From an uncultured Gammaproteobacteria bacterium (GTDB lineage Bacteria; Patescibacteriota; Microgenomatia; UBA10105; UBA927), in NCBI GenBank assembly GCA_964394685.1, contig CAYMYO010000001.1, positions 128,132 through 192,131 on the forward strand: a stretch of DNA of 64,000 nt. The letters are read 5' to 3'. Positions 9,669 to 19,089 of the stretch are shown here, in pieces; position 1 is the stretch's first letter, and every line of letters begins with the position of its first letter. The notes under the pieces were generated by a model that was not told where the DNA came from, made no database searches, and saw only the letters and a program-made list of their open reading frames with translations. A program made the position numbers and the translations under genes.

Positions 9669-11645
9669 ATGCCGCAAGAACTCAAAAAAATTATCATTAA
9701 TACAACAGTAACTCCAAAATCTGTAGAAAAAACTAATAAAAGATTCCCGTGGAAGTTTGTTATTATTCCACTTGTCATTATCCTCATCGTTTTTGTTGTC
9801 ATTGGCGTTATGCTCCTTCCTCTTCGAGGTGTTATAGCTAAATCGAAGGATCTTTCAACGTCCGCCCGCGTTACGATGGATGCAGTTAAATCGCAGGATC
9901 TTGAAAAAACAAAAGCAGGGCTTACCGAAACAAGGAGCAAGCTGGTGGAGCTAGAAACTGAATATAAAAAGGTATTACCTTTGAAGGTAATACCTTTTCT
10001 TGGAGCGTATATAATTGATGGAGAGCACGTCATCAAAGCCGGTTTTGCAGGCCTTACTGCAGGAGACAAAGCCATTGAGGCTATTGAACCCAATGCAGAT
10101 TTATTGGGACTTAAAGGAACAAAAAAAACGACGTTTCTTGAAGGAAGCGCAGAGGACAGGTTGCAGTTTGCAGTCAAAACCATGAGTGTTCTTATTCCAA
10201 AGATTAACGAAATGGCAACGAGTGTTGATACACTTCGGAAGGAAATATCCCAAATTGACCCAAAAAGATATCCAGAAAAAATTGGGAAAACTGTTATTCG
10301 TTCAAAACTCATATCAGGCATCGCAGTTATTGAAGAAACAGCAAACTTATTTGTGAATGCTCAACCGCTTCTTGTCAATCTTCCGTCGCTTCTTGGCGAG
10401 CCGAAAGAAAAGCGCTATCTAGTATTATTTCAAAACGATAAAGAACTTCGTTCAACAGGAGGCTTTATCACTGCATATGCGCAGTTTCGTATGGTGCGGG
10501 GCAAACCAGTGCTTGAAAAAGCAGATGATATTTACGCACTTGATGCGTCCATAGCAAAAAAATTTACCGCTCCACGGGAGATTCTCACTTTTCACAAGGG
10601 CGTATATAATCTCAATATCCGCGACAGCAATCTCTCACCTGACTACAAACTTTCAATGCAGAAGTTTGAAGAAATGTACACATATGCAAGTGGAAAGGAA
10701 AAAATTGACGGAATTATCGCAGTTGATACCCATGTTCTTGTTGAGGCATTAAAAATTTTAGGTCCGATGTACATTTACGGCAGAGAATTTAGTGCGGTTA
10801 TTGATAAACGGTGCGATTGTCCAAAGGCGGTATATGAACTGGAAGATTATTCTACAAGACCTGTTAATTATGTAAGGACCGCACGAAAAGATATTATAGG
10901 AGTCCTTCTCCAGCAAATTCTTCGTATGGCTTTGGGAGTATCCCCGTCAAAATATTGGGGAAATCTGTTCCAAATGCTCATTGCTGAGATTAATCAAAAA
11001 CATATCGTAGCCTATTTTCATGATGACGCGACTCAGAAAGCAGCAGAGAGTTTTAATTTGGCTGGTCGGATTATGACCGCAAGCGAATCCGCAGCGGTAC
11101 TTAAATATAAAGAGAATGACGGATGGGATTATCTGCATATAAATAACAGCAATATGGCTGGTGCTAAATCCAATATGTTTGTGTCAAGCAAGGTAATGAA
11201 AGATACAACAGTTAATGGTGATGGAACAATCACAACAAAGTTAACAATTGATTATAAAAATCCGTATCCGGGTTCTGACTGCGGACTGGAAAGCGGCGGA
11301 CTCTGCTTAAACGCACCGCTTCGTAATTGGGTGCGTGTGTATGCGCCGGTTGGAAGCAAGCTAACTGATAATAAAGGAGCAATATCTCCAAAAGACGGAA
11401 AGCCAACGAGCTTGGAAACATATGATAGTCTCGGAAAAACTGTATTTGAAGGATTTCTTATTGTTAATCCGATGGGGACGGCAAAATTAGAACTCACGTA
11501 TATAAGTCCTGTAAAACTACAAGGAACATATAAGTTACTTATTCAAAAACAACCAGGAACAAATGATGAAGAATATGCCATTAAACTCAATGGGAAAGAA
11601 CGAAAACGAGCACCACTGGTTACTGATACGGAATATATTTTCTAA
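9669..11645 (+). CDS. Hypothetical membrane-anchored, mostly extracytoplasmic protein (~660 aa).
   Basis: Single N-terminal TM helix (FVIIPLVIILIVFVVIGVMLL), then a coiled-coil-like stretch and a large soluble domain that includes a CDCPKAVYELEDY motif. No family is confidently recognised. The ORF opens at 9645. Confidence 0.5.
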   Translation: MPQELKKIIINTTVTPKSVEKTNKRFPWKFVIIPLVIILIVFVVIGVMLLPLRGVIAKSKDLSTSARVTMDAVKSQDLEKTKAGLTETRSKLVELETEYKKVLPLKVIPFLGAYIIDGEHVIKAGFAGLTAGDKAIEAIEPNADLLGLKGTKKTTFLEGSAEDRLQFAVKTMSVLIPKINEMATSVDTLRKEISQIDPKRYPEKIGKTVIRSKLISGIAVIEETANLFVNAQPLLVNLPSLLGEPKEKRYLVLFQNDKELRSTGGFITAYAQFRMVRGKPVLEKADDIYALDASIAKKFTAPREILTFHKGVYNLNIRDSNLSPDYKLSMQKFEEMYTYASGKEKIDGIIAVDTHVLVEALKILGPMYIYGREFSAVIDKRCDCPKAVYELEDYSTRPVNYVRTARKDIIGVLLQQILRMALGVSPSKYWGNLFQMLIAEINQKHIVAYFHDDATQKAAESFNLAGRIMTASESAAVLKYKENDGWDYLHINNSNMAGAKSNMFVSSKVMKDTTVNGDGTITTKLTIDYKNPYPGSDCGLESGGLCLNAPLRNWVRVYAPVGSKLTDNKGAISPKDGKPTSLETYDSLGKTVFEGFLIVNPMGTAKLELTYISPVKLQGTYKLLIQKQPGTNDEEYAIKLNGKERKRAPLVTDTEYIF

Positions 11646-11648
11646 CGC

Positions 11649-12206
11649 ATGAATCATCTTTCGGTGTATCGGGTAACAGCATTTATTTTAAGACGTTCCA
11701 ATATCGGAGAAACGGATAAAATTCTTACGATATTCTCAAAAAACATCGGTAAACTCCGCGTGATAGCCAAAGGTATAAGAAAAATTTCAAGCCGTCGTGG
11801 TCCGCATGTTGATTTATTTAATGAGGTGTCCATGATGCTCCACCATGGGAAAACAATGGATATTGTTACTGAAGTAACAACAATACAAACATATAGAACC
11901 GGTTTTTCCTCATGGGTTCGGATGCGGGCGGCATATTTAGTTGTAGAGATTTTGGATAAACTCGTGCCGGAACACGTTGAGCATCAGGATATCTATAATA
12001 AGCTTCATGAAACGTTTGGAGCAATTGTAACCATTCAGGAGCAGGAGATAGATACGGTTTTACTATCCTTTTGCAACGAGGTGCTTTCGATGTTGGGATT
12101 TTTGTCTTCTGATAAGAGGTTTTCAACATTAGCGACTGCGATAGCATTTGTCGAGCGTATCGCCGAACGGAAAATAAAAACAGCAAAATTTTTTCTTACA
12201 ATTTGA
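11649..12206 (+). CDS. recO: DNA repair protein RecO.
   Basis: N-terminal OB-fold signature ...YRVTAFILRRSNIGETDKILTIFSKNIGKLRVIAKGIRK. Confidence 0.7.
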   Translation: MNHLSVYRVTAFILRRSNIGETDKILTIFSKNIGKLRVIAKGIRKISSRRGPHVDLFNEVSMMLHHGKTMDIVTEVTTIQTYRTGFSSWVRMRAAYLVVEILDKLVPEHVEHQDIYNKLHETFGAIVTIQEQEIDTVLLSFCNEVLSMLGFLSSDKRFSTLATAIAFVERIAERKIKTAKFFLTI

Positions 12207-12218
12207 TACAATACGTAT

Positions 12219-13526
12219 ATGAGCGTCCTTGATAAAATTATTTCTCTAACCAAACGCCGTGGGTTTGTATTTCCAACCAGTGATATCTATGGTGGTATTG
12301 CAGGATTTTATGATCTCGGACCAACCGGTGTACTTTTTGCTAAACACATCAAAGATTTGTGGTGGAAAGATTTGGTGCAATCACGAGATGATGTGGTCGG
12401 ACTTGATTCGAGCATCATCCTCAATCCAAAAACATGGGAAGCGTCTGGGCATGTATCAGCATTTACAGACCCCTTAGTTGAATGCAAATTGTGTCATGAG
12501 CGGCTACGGGCTGATCAGGAAGATGAAATTGCAGATCATGTCAAAAAACATTCCTCGCGGGGAGAAACGAATATCGTTTGGACTGAACCTAGACAATTTA
12601 ATCTTCTATTTAAGACGTATGTAGGGCCTGTTGAGGATTCGAAAAGTATCGCGTACCTTCGAGGTGAAACATGTCAAGGAATTTATTGTAATTTTGTAAG
12701 TGTCATGGCTTCAACTAGGGTGAAAATCCCTTTTGGTATTGCGCAGATTGGAAAAGCGTTCAGAAATGAAGTAACACCGGGAAAATTTCTTTTTCGGCTT
12801 CGCGAATTTGAACAGATGGAACTGGAGTATTTTGTGCGTCCGTTAGAGGCCGAAAAAGCATTTGTCTACTGGAAAGAAGAGCGTATGAAATGGCATCTGT
12901 CTCTTGGTTTATCCAAAGATAAATTGCGATTCCGTCAACACGAAGCCACTGAGCGAGCACACTATGCAGCTGATTCTTGGGATATTGAGTATGATTTTCC
13001 GGACTGGGGTTTTAAAGAGCTTGAGGGAATAGCAAACCGTACGGATTATGATCTAAAAACGCATGGAAAATGGAGTGGGAAGGACCTTTCAGTTATTGAT
13101 CCGGATACGAATGAGAGATATATCCCATATGTTATTGAACCGTCGGTTGGCGTCTCGAGACTTATGCTCGCGCTTTTTATAGATAGCTTTGTGAAAGAAG
13201 AAAAACGGACAGTACTCAAGCTCAAACCAGCTCTCGCTCCGTATCGTGTAGCGGTATTTCCGCTTTTAGCCAATAAACCGGAGTTAATAGCAAAAGCCCA
13301 GTTGATATACCATGCTATGAAAAAGCTATATAGCGCGACATGGGATGATCGTGGAAATATTGGAAAACGGTATCTGGCTCAAGATGAAATTGGAACGCCG
13401 TGGTGTGTGACCGTTGATTTTACGACTCTTGTTGATGATACAGTAACGATTCGGAACCGTGATACGACAAAACAAGACCGTATTTCTATTTCAAAGGTAT
13501 CTGCATATATAGATATGCATATATAG
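12219..13526 (+). CDS. glyQS: Glycine--tRNA ligase, dimeric (GlyQS/eukaryote-like) type.
   Basis: N-terminus MSVLDKIISLTKRRGFVFPTSDIYGGIAGFYDLGPTGV. Class II motifs FRNE and GIANRTDYDL. A possible extended -10 TGATACAAT lies just upstream (12203-12211). Confidence 0.85.
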   Translation: MSVLDKIISLTKRRGFVFPTSDIYGGIAGFYDLGPTGVLFAKHIKDLWWKDLVQSRDDVVGLDSSIILNPKTWEASGHVSAFTDPLVECKLCHERLRADQEDEIADHVKKHSSRGETNIVWTEPRQFNLLFKTYVGPVEDSKSIAYLRGETCQGIYCNFVSVMASTRVKIPFGIAQIGKAFRNEVTPGKFLFRLREFEQMELEYFVRPLEAEKAFVYWKEERMKWHLSLGLSKDKLRFRQHEATERAHYAADSWDIEYDFPDWGFKELEGIANRTDYDLKTHGKWSGKDLSVIDPDTNERYIPYVIEPSVGVSRLMLALFIDSFVKEEKRTVLKLKPALAPYRVAVFPLLANKPELIAKAQLIYHAMKKLYSATWDDRGNIGKRYLAQDEIGTPWCVTVDFTTLVDDTVTIRNRDTTKQDRISISKVSAYIDMHI

Positions 13527-13536
13527 AAAGGAACAT

Positions 13537-13992
13537 ATGAATAAAAAATTATTACCAATTATTCTGGGTGTTATTGGGATTGGAGCTATTGTAGTAGGGT
13601 TTGTCGTACTCAAAAAACCTTCAACAAAACCGCAAGAGCCTATTGTTGAAGAAGAGCAGTTGGTTGAGGCAGATAGTTCAATAGTTGCAAGTGTCGTTTG
13701 GAGCAAAGTCAAAGACAACACTATTGTTCTTTCTATTTCAGGATTAAAGAGCGGATATGCGAAAGTTGCGTATGAAGTGAGCTATGAAACGCAGGGGGTG
13801 GTACAAGGAGTGACCACAAAGCCACTGGATATTGCTGGAAAAGATTCATTTACGAGGGATGATATCTATCTCGGAACCTGTTCGAAAAACGTATGCCGTC
13901 CTCATACAGGAGTCAAAAAGGTGTCTTTAGTTCTTGAATTTATTGACACATCCGGCAAAAAAAGCCAATTGACCAAAGATTTTGATCTGTAA
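13537..13992 (+). CDS. Hypothetical small membrane-anchored/secreted protein.
   Basis: N-terminal signal/TM helix (LLPIILGVIGIGAIVVGFVVL) then a soluble ~120-aa domain. No recognised family. Confidence 0.4.
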   Translation: MNKKLLPIILGVIGIGAIVVGFVVLKKPSTKPQEPIVEEEQLVEADSSIVASVVWSKVKDNTIVLSISGLKSGYAKVAYEVSYETQGVVQGVTTKPLDIAGKDSFTRDDIYLGTCSKNVCRPHTGVKKVSLVLEFIDTSGKKSQLTKDFDL

Positions 13993-14040
13993 GTTCTCTG
14001 TTTAATTCTTCGTGAAATACCCCTTGACAACCCGTGAAAA

Positions 14041-14080
14041 ATGGGGGAATATGGATATAGATGGGAAGAAATGGTAATAT
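14041..14080 (+). promoter_or_regulatory. Candidate MraZ operator/promoter: four ATGG(G) direct repeats at exact 10-bp phasing. The last repeat overlaps an extended -10-like TGGTAATAT. A TTGACA hexamer lies further upstream at 14025-14030.
   Basis: ATGGGggaat/ATGGatatag/ATGGGaagaa/ATGGtaatat sit at 14041, 14051, 14061 and 14071, directly 5' of the mraZ start at 14087. MraZ is known to bind phased (G)TGGG repeats in its own promoter. Confidence 0.45.
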
Positions 14081-14086
14081 ACGGGT

Positions 14087-14470
14087 ATGAAACTTTTCCT
14101 TGGGGAATACGATCACATACTTGACGAACGGGGCCGGGTAACGCTTCCAAGAAAGATCAGGGTTGAGTTAGGAGAAAGGGAATTAGTATTGACAAAAGGG
14201 TTTGACAAGTGCATTTTTGGATTTGATTTGGCAGCATGGGAGAAAGAAGCAACAAAGCAGCTCGAAACACCTGTGACAACAGAAGAGGGAAGAAAACTAC
14301 GAAGGTACGTGTTTGGAGCGGCAGAAAAGGTTGAGACAGATAAATTAGGTCGAGTTGTGATGCCTACCCACCTCAAGGAATACGCTGGGATTGATGATGA
14401 AGTAAAGATTATCGGAGCAGGCGATCATTTTGAAATTTGGAACAAAAAGGATTGGGATACGCATGAGTAA
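14087..14470 (+). CDS. mraZ: Transcriptional regulator MraZ.
   Basis: MKLFLGEYDHILDERGRVTLPRKIR and a second DXXXR-like repeat. First gene of the dcw cluster. Confidence 0.85.
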   Translation: MKLFLGEYDHILDERGRVTLPRKIRVELGERELVLTKGFDKCIFGFDLAAWEKEATKQLETPVTTEEGRKLRRYVFGAAEKVETDKLGRVVMPTHLKEYAGIDDEVKIIGAGDHFEIWNKKDWDTHE

Positions 14471-15314
14471 CTATCACACGCCTGTTCTTGTTGACGAAGT
14501 GATGAGCGAATTGCAAGTGACGGCTGGAAAACGCTTTATTGATGCGACATTGGGCGGAGGTGGACACACAAAGAAAATGCTTGAGCTGGGAGCTGAGGTA
14601 TTGGCAATTGATGAGGATATTGATTCAATAGAAGAAAATGCAAAACTAATTGGTCCACACTGCAGAATTGTACAAGGAAATTTCCGAGATATTGAAACAA
14701 TAGCTAAGAACAACAATTGGACGAATGTTGACGGAATATTGTTTGACTTGGGAGTTTCCAGCCATCAACTTGATACACAGGCTAGGGGATTTTCCTATCG
14801 ATTTGATGAATCAGCTTTAGATATGCGGTTTGGTGATACAAGTAAACCAAGCGCATATACAACAGTGAATGATAGTTCGTATGATGAGCTATTTAACATT
14901 TTTGCAACATTTGGCGAAGTTGAGCGGGCTGGAGTTATTGCCAAAGAGATCCTATTGACTCGAAAAACAAGTCCAATTGCGACAGTTGGACAGTTGAGAA
15001 AATGTATTGAAAGAGCTGTCGGAACAGGAAATCGAGATACTGTCGGTCGTATATTTCAAGCAATACGAATTGTAGTAAATAACGAACTGGCGTCATTACA
15101 AGCAGGACTTACTGGGGCGATGAAGGTAGTGAAAGTCGGAGGAAGAATTGCTGTTATTAGCTTTCATTCTCTGGAAGACCGTATTGTTAAGCGATTTTTT
15201 CTCAATAACAAGGTAAACGTTATTGATAAGAAACCGATTATTCCAGGCGCGTTGGAACAACAAGAAAATCGAAGATCCAGAAGTGCAAAATTAAGAATAG
15301 CAGAGAAAGTGTAA
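14463..15314 (+). CDS. rsmH: 16S rRNA (cytosine1402-N4)-methyltransferase RsmH (MraW).
   Basis: MSNYHTPVLVDEVM...DATLGGGGHT...DLGVSSHQLD. The ORF is open from 14430; the start is placed at the ATG at 14463, which overlaps the mraZ stop. Confidence 0.85.
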   Translation: MSNYHTPVLVDEVMSELQVTAGKRFIDATLGGGGHTKKMLELGAEVLAIDEDIDSIEENAKLIGPHCRIVQGNFRDIETIAKNNNWTNVDGILFDLGVSSHQLDTQARGFSYRFDESALDMRFGDTSKPSAYTTVNDSSYDELFNIFATFGEVERAGVIAKEILLTRKTSPIATVGQLRKCIERAVGTGNRDTVGRIFQAIRIVVNNELASLQAGLTGAMKVVKVGGRIAVISFHSLEDRIVKRFFLNNKVNVIDKKPIIPGALEQQENRRSRSAKLRIAEKV

Positions 15315-15318
15315 GCAT

Positions 15319-15603
15319 ATGAAAAAAATAATTATTACGCTCAGTGCTATTACCATATGTCTTCTTGTGGCTCAGATTGTATATTCAAGTATGTTAGTGG
15401 GAGACGGAAAAGCAATTCGACGTATTGATCAAAGAATTACTGAAATGAAAGGAACAACTGCGTTGTTAGCTGAACAGGTAGCTTCCGCTTCATCGCTTCT
15501 TGTAGTTCACAATAAAGCCCTTTCTATGGGATTTACAGAAAAACCAAAAGTTATGACCATCCACAAAGATCAGTTTGTAGCGAGCCTCGTTCCTGTACAA
15601 TAG
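15319..15603 (+). CDS. ftsL: FtsL-like small bitopic cell-division protein.
   Basis: 94 aa with an N-terminal TM helix then a coiled-coil-like segment. It sits between rsmH and ftsI as in canonical dcw clusters. GGAG-like RBS upstream. Confidence 0.5.
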   Translation: MKKIIITLSAITICLLVAQIVYSSMLVGDGKAIRRIDQRITEMKGTTALLAEQVASASSLLVVHNKALSMGFTEKPKVMTIHKDQFVASLVPVQ

Positions 15604-15607
15604 GGAT

Positions 15608-17284
15608 ATGTGGCGAATTTGGTTCGTCTTTTCACTATTTATACTCCTCGTGTTTGGTATTATTGCTCGCCTTTTTTATTGGCAAATTATTTCAGGCTAT
15701 CATTTGAAGGCTGAGGCAACGGCACAATATAAACTTGAATTAACACTTCCGGCTGAAAGGGGAAGTATTATTACCAGTGATGGCTATCCCATTGTCATGA
15801 ATAAATCAGCATCTCTTGTGTATGCCGAGCCAAAAAATATAGAAAACCACAAGGTATTTTCCGAACTGGTCTCACAAGCGTTACACATTGATGTTGCAAG
15901 CGTGGCTGCGATGATTTCTGATTCTTCACGCATGTGGTCTCCAATTCTTCATAAAGTAGATGAAGAAAAGATTCAAGAGTTAAAATCACTTACTATCAAA
16001 GGATTAGGATTTGAAAAAGAACCAAAACGATATTATCCGGAAGGGTCCATGGCAGCACAACTATTGGGATTTGTCGGACTTGATCAAAACGGATACGATG
16101 TGGGGTATTTCGGTCTTGAGGGTTACTACAACCGGGAATTACAGGGAAAAGCAGGAAGTGTCACGATTGAAAAGGATGTCACCGGAGCCCCAATTCTTGT
16201 TGGAGAATCTATTAGAATTGAGTCGGAGAATGGAAGCACGATGGTTTTGTGGCTTGACCGGACAATCCAAAACATTGTTGAAAAAAAACTTATAGAAGGA
16301 ATACAAAAATATGGAGCAAAAGAAGGATCAGTCGTCGTTATGGATCCAAGCACGGGTGGAATTCTTGCGATGGCGTCGTATCCTTCGTACCATCCGGGAC
16401 AGTACCAACTGTTTGATCGCGAACTGTATAAAAATCCAATTGTTGCGTCTCAATATGAGCCGGGATCGACCTTTAAAGCGCTTGTTATGGGAGCAGCCAT
16501 TGATAAGGGGCTCATTAAAGCGACAACTATTTTTGATGAAAAAGGACCAGTTGAGGTTTCTGATTACACGATTAGAACCTGGAATAACGAATATCACGGT
16601 CCAATTACTATGACTCAGGTGCTCGAGCATTCATCAAATGTGGGTATGGTGCACGTTGGAAAATTACTGGGAATTGATGCATTCGTTAAATTTATCAAAG
16701 ATGTTGGGTTCGGTATACCAACAAAAATAGACTTGGAAGATGAAAGTTCTCCGGAAATGCGCGCTGATCGCGATTGGAAAGAAATAGATCTCGCAACAGC
16801 CTCTTTTGGTCAGGGAATTGCCGTTACTCCTCTTCAAATGGTACGAGCGACCTCTGCTATTGCCAACGGCGGATGGCTGATGGAGCCGCATATGGTAAAA
16901 AAGATGCAAAATACAAAAGGAAGAACAATGGAAATAAAACCAAAAAAAGTCAGACAAATATTTAGCGGTGCGACTGCTCAAATAGTTACAGAAATGATGA
17001 CAGCGGCTGTTGATAATGGAGAAGCTAAATGGGCGAAGCCGAAAGGGTATCGGATTGCAGGAAAAACAGGAACTGCGCAAATTCCAGTTGCCGGTCATTA
17101 TGATGAAAAAAAGACAATCGCGTCATTTGTTGGATTTGCGCCTGCTGATAAACCACGGTTTACCATGCTCGTCACTCTCCGGGAACCAAGCTCGTCCCAG
17201 TGGGGTTCCGAGACAGCAGCACCTCTTTTTTTCAATATCGCCAAAGACATTTTTCTCTACTTGGGCATCCCCGCACAATTATAA
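15608..17284 (+). CDS. ftsI: Penicillin-binding protein (class B, FtsI/PBP2-type transpeptidase).
   Basis: N-terminal TM helix, then the active-site motifs STFK (YEPGSTFKAL), SSN (HSSNVGM) and KTGT (GKTGTAQ). Confidence 0.85.
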   Translation: MWRIWFVFSLFILLVFGIIARLFYWQIISGYHLKAEATAQYKLELTLPAERGSIITSDGYPIVMNKSASLVYAEPKNIENHKVFSELVSQALHIDVASVAAMISDSSRMWSPILHKVDEEKIQELKSLTIKGLGFEKEPKRYYPEGSMAAQLLGFVGLDQNGYDVGYFGLEGYYNRELQGKAGSVTIEKDVTGAPILVGESIRIESENGSTMVLWLDRTIQNIVEKKLIEGIQKYGAKEGSVVVMDPSTGGILAMASYPSYHPGQYQLFDRELYKNPIVASQYEPGSTFKALVMGAAIDKGLIKATTIFDEKGPVEVSDYTIRTWNNEYHGPITMTQVLEHSSNVGMVHVGKLLGIDAFVKFIKDVGFGIPTKIDLEDESSPEMRADRDWKEIDLATASFGQGIAVTPLQMVRATSAIANGGWLMEPHMVKKMQNTKGRTMEIKPKKVRQIFSGATAQIVTEMMTAAVDNGEAKWAKPKGYRIAGKTGTAQIPVAGHYDEKKTIASFVGFAPADKPRFTMLVTLREPSSSQWGSETAAPLFFNIAKDIFLYLGIPAQL

Positions 17285-17358
17285 CTTGTAAATTACTCAT
17301 GCGGTCGCATATCAAAAACACAGATATAGTTTTATTTTTTACATTATCATAACAATAT

Positions 17359-17856
17359 TTGTGGTATTATTATGTCATTATGGTTTTAGACAATTACACA
17401 ACTTTTATCGAAGAAATATTAAAGAAAATAAGTGAACTGGGAATTGATGTATCGGATCTCGATATGGATCATATCGGACATCAAGCATCTTCAAATGAAG
17501 ATTACGACAATCTAAAAACAGAGTTTGATAAAATCGGTACATTAGTTTCTGAAAAAATTGTTGGAGGTCGAAGAGTGGGAATATATAAATTGAAAAACCC
17601 ATTGAAATATAAACAATATGTAAATGAAGCAATTGAACTCGTTGCTCCAAAAGAAGGGCAGATATGCCCATCAGCATTAGAACATGTTGAATTTGTTTTT
17701 AAAGAAACGTTTGACTCTTTTATGAAGAGATACCCAAATGTTTCTTGGGATACATCAAAAGTAAATCAGCCAATGTTTCCGATGATTAATCTTAAAATAA
17801 GTGATACAACACAAGTCAAATTCCACTACACACCAGTGTTAGAGATTATAAAATAG
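17359..17856 (+). CDS. Hypothetical protein, VOC/YecM-like fold. The true start is possibly 17383.
   Basis: ~160 aa with ...GIDVSDLDMDHIGHQASSNEDYDNL..., which resembles YecM/VOC-family proteins. It is inserted between ftsI and murE and preceded by an AT-rich 75-bp spacer. Confidence 0.35.
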   Translation: MWYYYVIMVLDNYTTFIEEILKKISELGIDVSDLDMDHIGHQASSNEDYDNLKTEFDKIGTLVSEKIVGGRRVGIYKLKNPLKYKQYVNEAIELVAPKEGQICPSALEHVEFVFKETFDSFMKRYPNVSWDTSKVNQPMFPMINLKISDTTQVKFHYTPVLEIIK

Positions 17857-17910
17857 TTCGTTTTAGCCTCAAAGCGGTAAAATATTTCCTGTTTTTGGTA
17901 TAATCAATGG

Positions 17911-19089
17911 ATGATGAGATGGCTGAAGGGCCTGTATCATTTTGTTGTTGCCGTTTGCTCGGCACTCTATTTTCGCTTCCCGGGGTCTCAACTTACGGTC
18001 ATCGGCGTAACAGGCACTGACGGAAAGACCACTACTACAACTCTAATTTACGAAATTCTCAAGGCTGCCGGATATAAAACATCAATGATTACCTCTGTTC
18101 AGGCGGTTATCGCAGACCGAAGGTACGATACAGGGTTTCACGTAACGACCCCAAATGCCTTCTGGGTGCAGAAATACCTTCGGGAGGCTCTCAATCATGG
18201 CGATACGCATGTAGTGTTAGAAGTGACATCACACGCGCTCTCACAATCTCGTGTCTGGGGAGTAAAATTTTCTATTGGAGTTTTAACAAATATCACCAAT
18301 GAACATCTTGATTGGCATAAAACATATGAAAATTATCGAAATACCAAAGTAAAACTGTTACTTCAAAGTGAAAATGTTGTTCTTAACCGGGATGAAGCAG
18401 ATTTGTATGCGTGGGCAGCTCCGCTTTTACGCCATAAAAATCTTGTAACATACGGCATATACCGCCAGGCAAAAATTACTCCAGGGGTATACCCATTCAA
18501 AACAAATCTTCCCGGTGAATTTAATAAGTATAACTGTTTAGCAGCTATCGCTGCATCATCTGTTCTTAATATTCCCAGACAAAAGATTTTATCAGCAGTG
18601 AAAGGTTTTAAAGGAGTGTCAGGACGCATGGAAATTGTTATATCGAAGCCATATACCGTCATTGTTGATTTTGCTCATACACCAAACGCAATAACTCAGG
18701 CGTTAAAGACGGTACGTGAGCAAACAAAGGGAAGACTCATACATGTATTTGGAAGTGCTGGACTTCGGGATGCAACGAAACGTCCATATATGGGAAAAGC
18801 ATCGGCTGAATATGCTGATGAGATCATTTTGACAGAAGAAGATTATCGGACAGAGGATGTCCGGATGATCATAGAAGAGATTGCATCAGGTATACCAGTA
18901 TATAAAAAGATTCATAAGATTCCAAGCAGAAAAGACGCCATCGCTTACGCATTAACACTTGCACAAAAAGGAGATGTTGTCATGATAACCGGTAAGGGCC
19001 ATGAAAAGAGCCTCTGTCGTGGCACTATTGAATATCCCTGGAGTGATCAAGAAATGGTGAAAAAGATTTTAAAAAAGAAGTCTTTATGA
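17911..19089 (+). CDS. murE: Mur ligase, MurE-like (UDP-MurNAc-L-Ala-D-Glu--diamino acid ligase), short form lacking the N-terminal domain.
   Basis: VIGVTGTDGKTTTTTLIYEIL P-loop and a Mur ligase central/C-terminal domain. Position after ftsI. Extended -10 TGGTATAAT at 17893-17901. Confidence 0.6.
   Translation: MMRWLKGLYHFVVAVCSALYFRFPGSQLTVIGVTGTDGKTTTTTLIYEILKAAGYKTSMITSVQAVIADRRYDTGFHVTTPNAFWVQKYLREALNHGDTHVVLEVTSHALSQSRVWGVKFSIGVLTNITNEHLDWHKTYENYRNTKVKLLLQSENVVLNRDEADLYAWAAPLLRHKNLVTYGIYRQAKITPGVYPFKTNLPGEFNKYNCLAAIAASSVLNIPRQKILSAVKGFKGVSGRMEIVISKPYTVIVDFAHTPNAITQALKTVREQTKGRLIHVFGSAGLRDATKRPYMGKASAEYADEIILTEEDYRTEDVRMIIEEIASGIPVYKKIHKIPSRKDAIAYALTLAQKGDVVMITGKGHEKSLCRGTIEYPWSDQEMVKKILKKKSL

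Noticed and set aside
13500-13530. GCATATATA direct repeat / GCATATATAGATATGC mini-hairpin at the 3' end of glyQS.
   Set aside because: It is AT-rich with a short stem and lies inside the coding region including the stop. It is not followed by a U-tract. Simple low-complexity sequence is likely.
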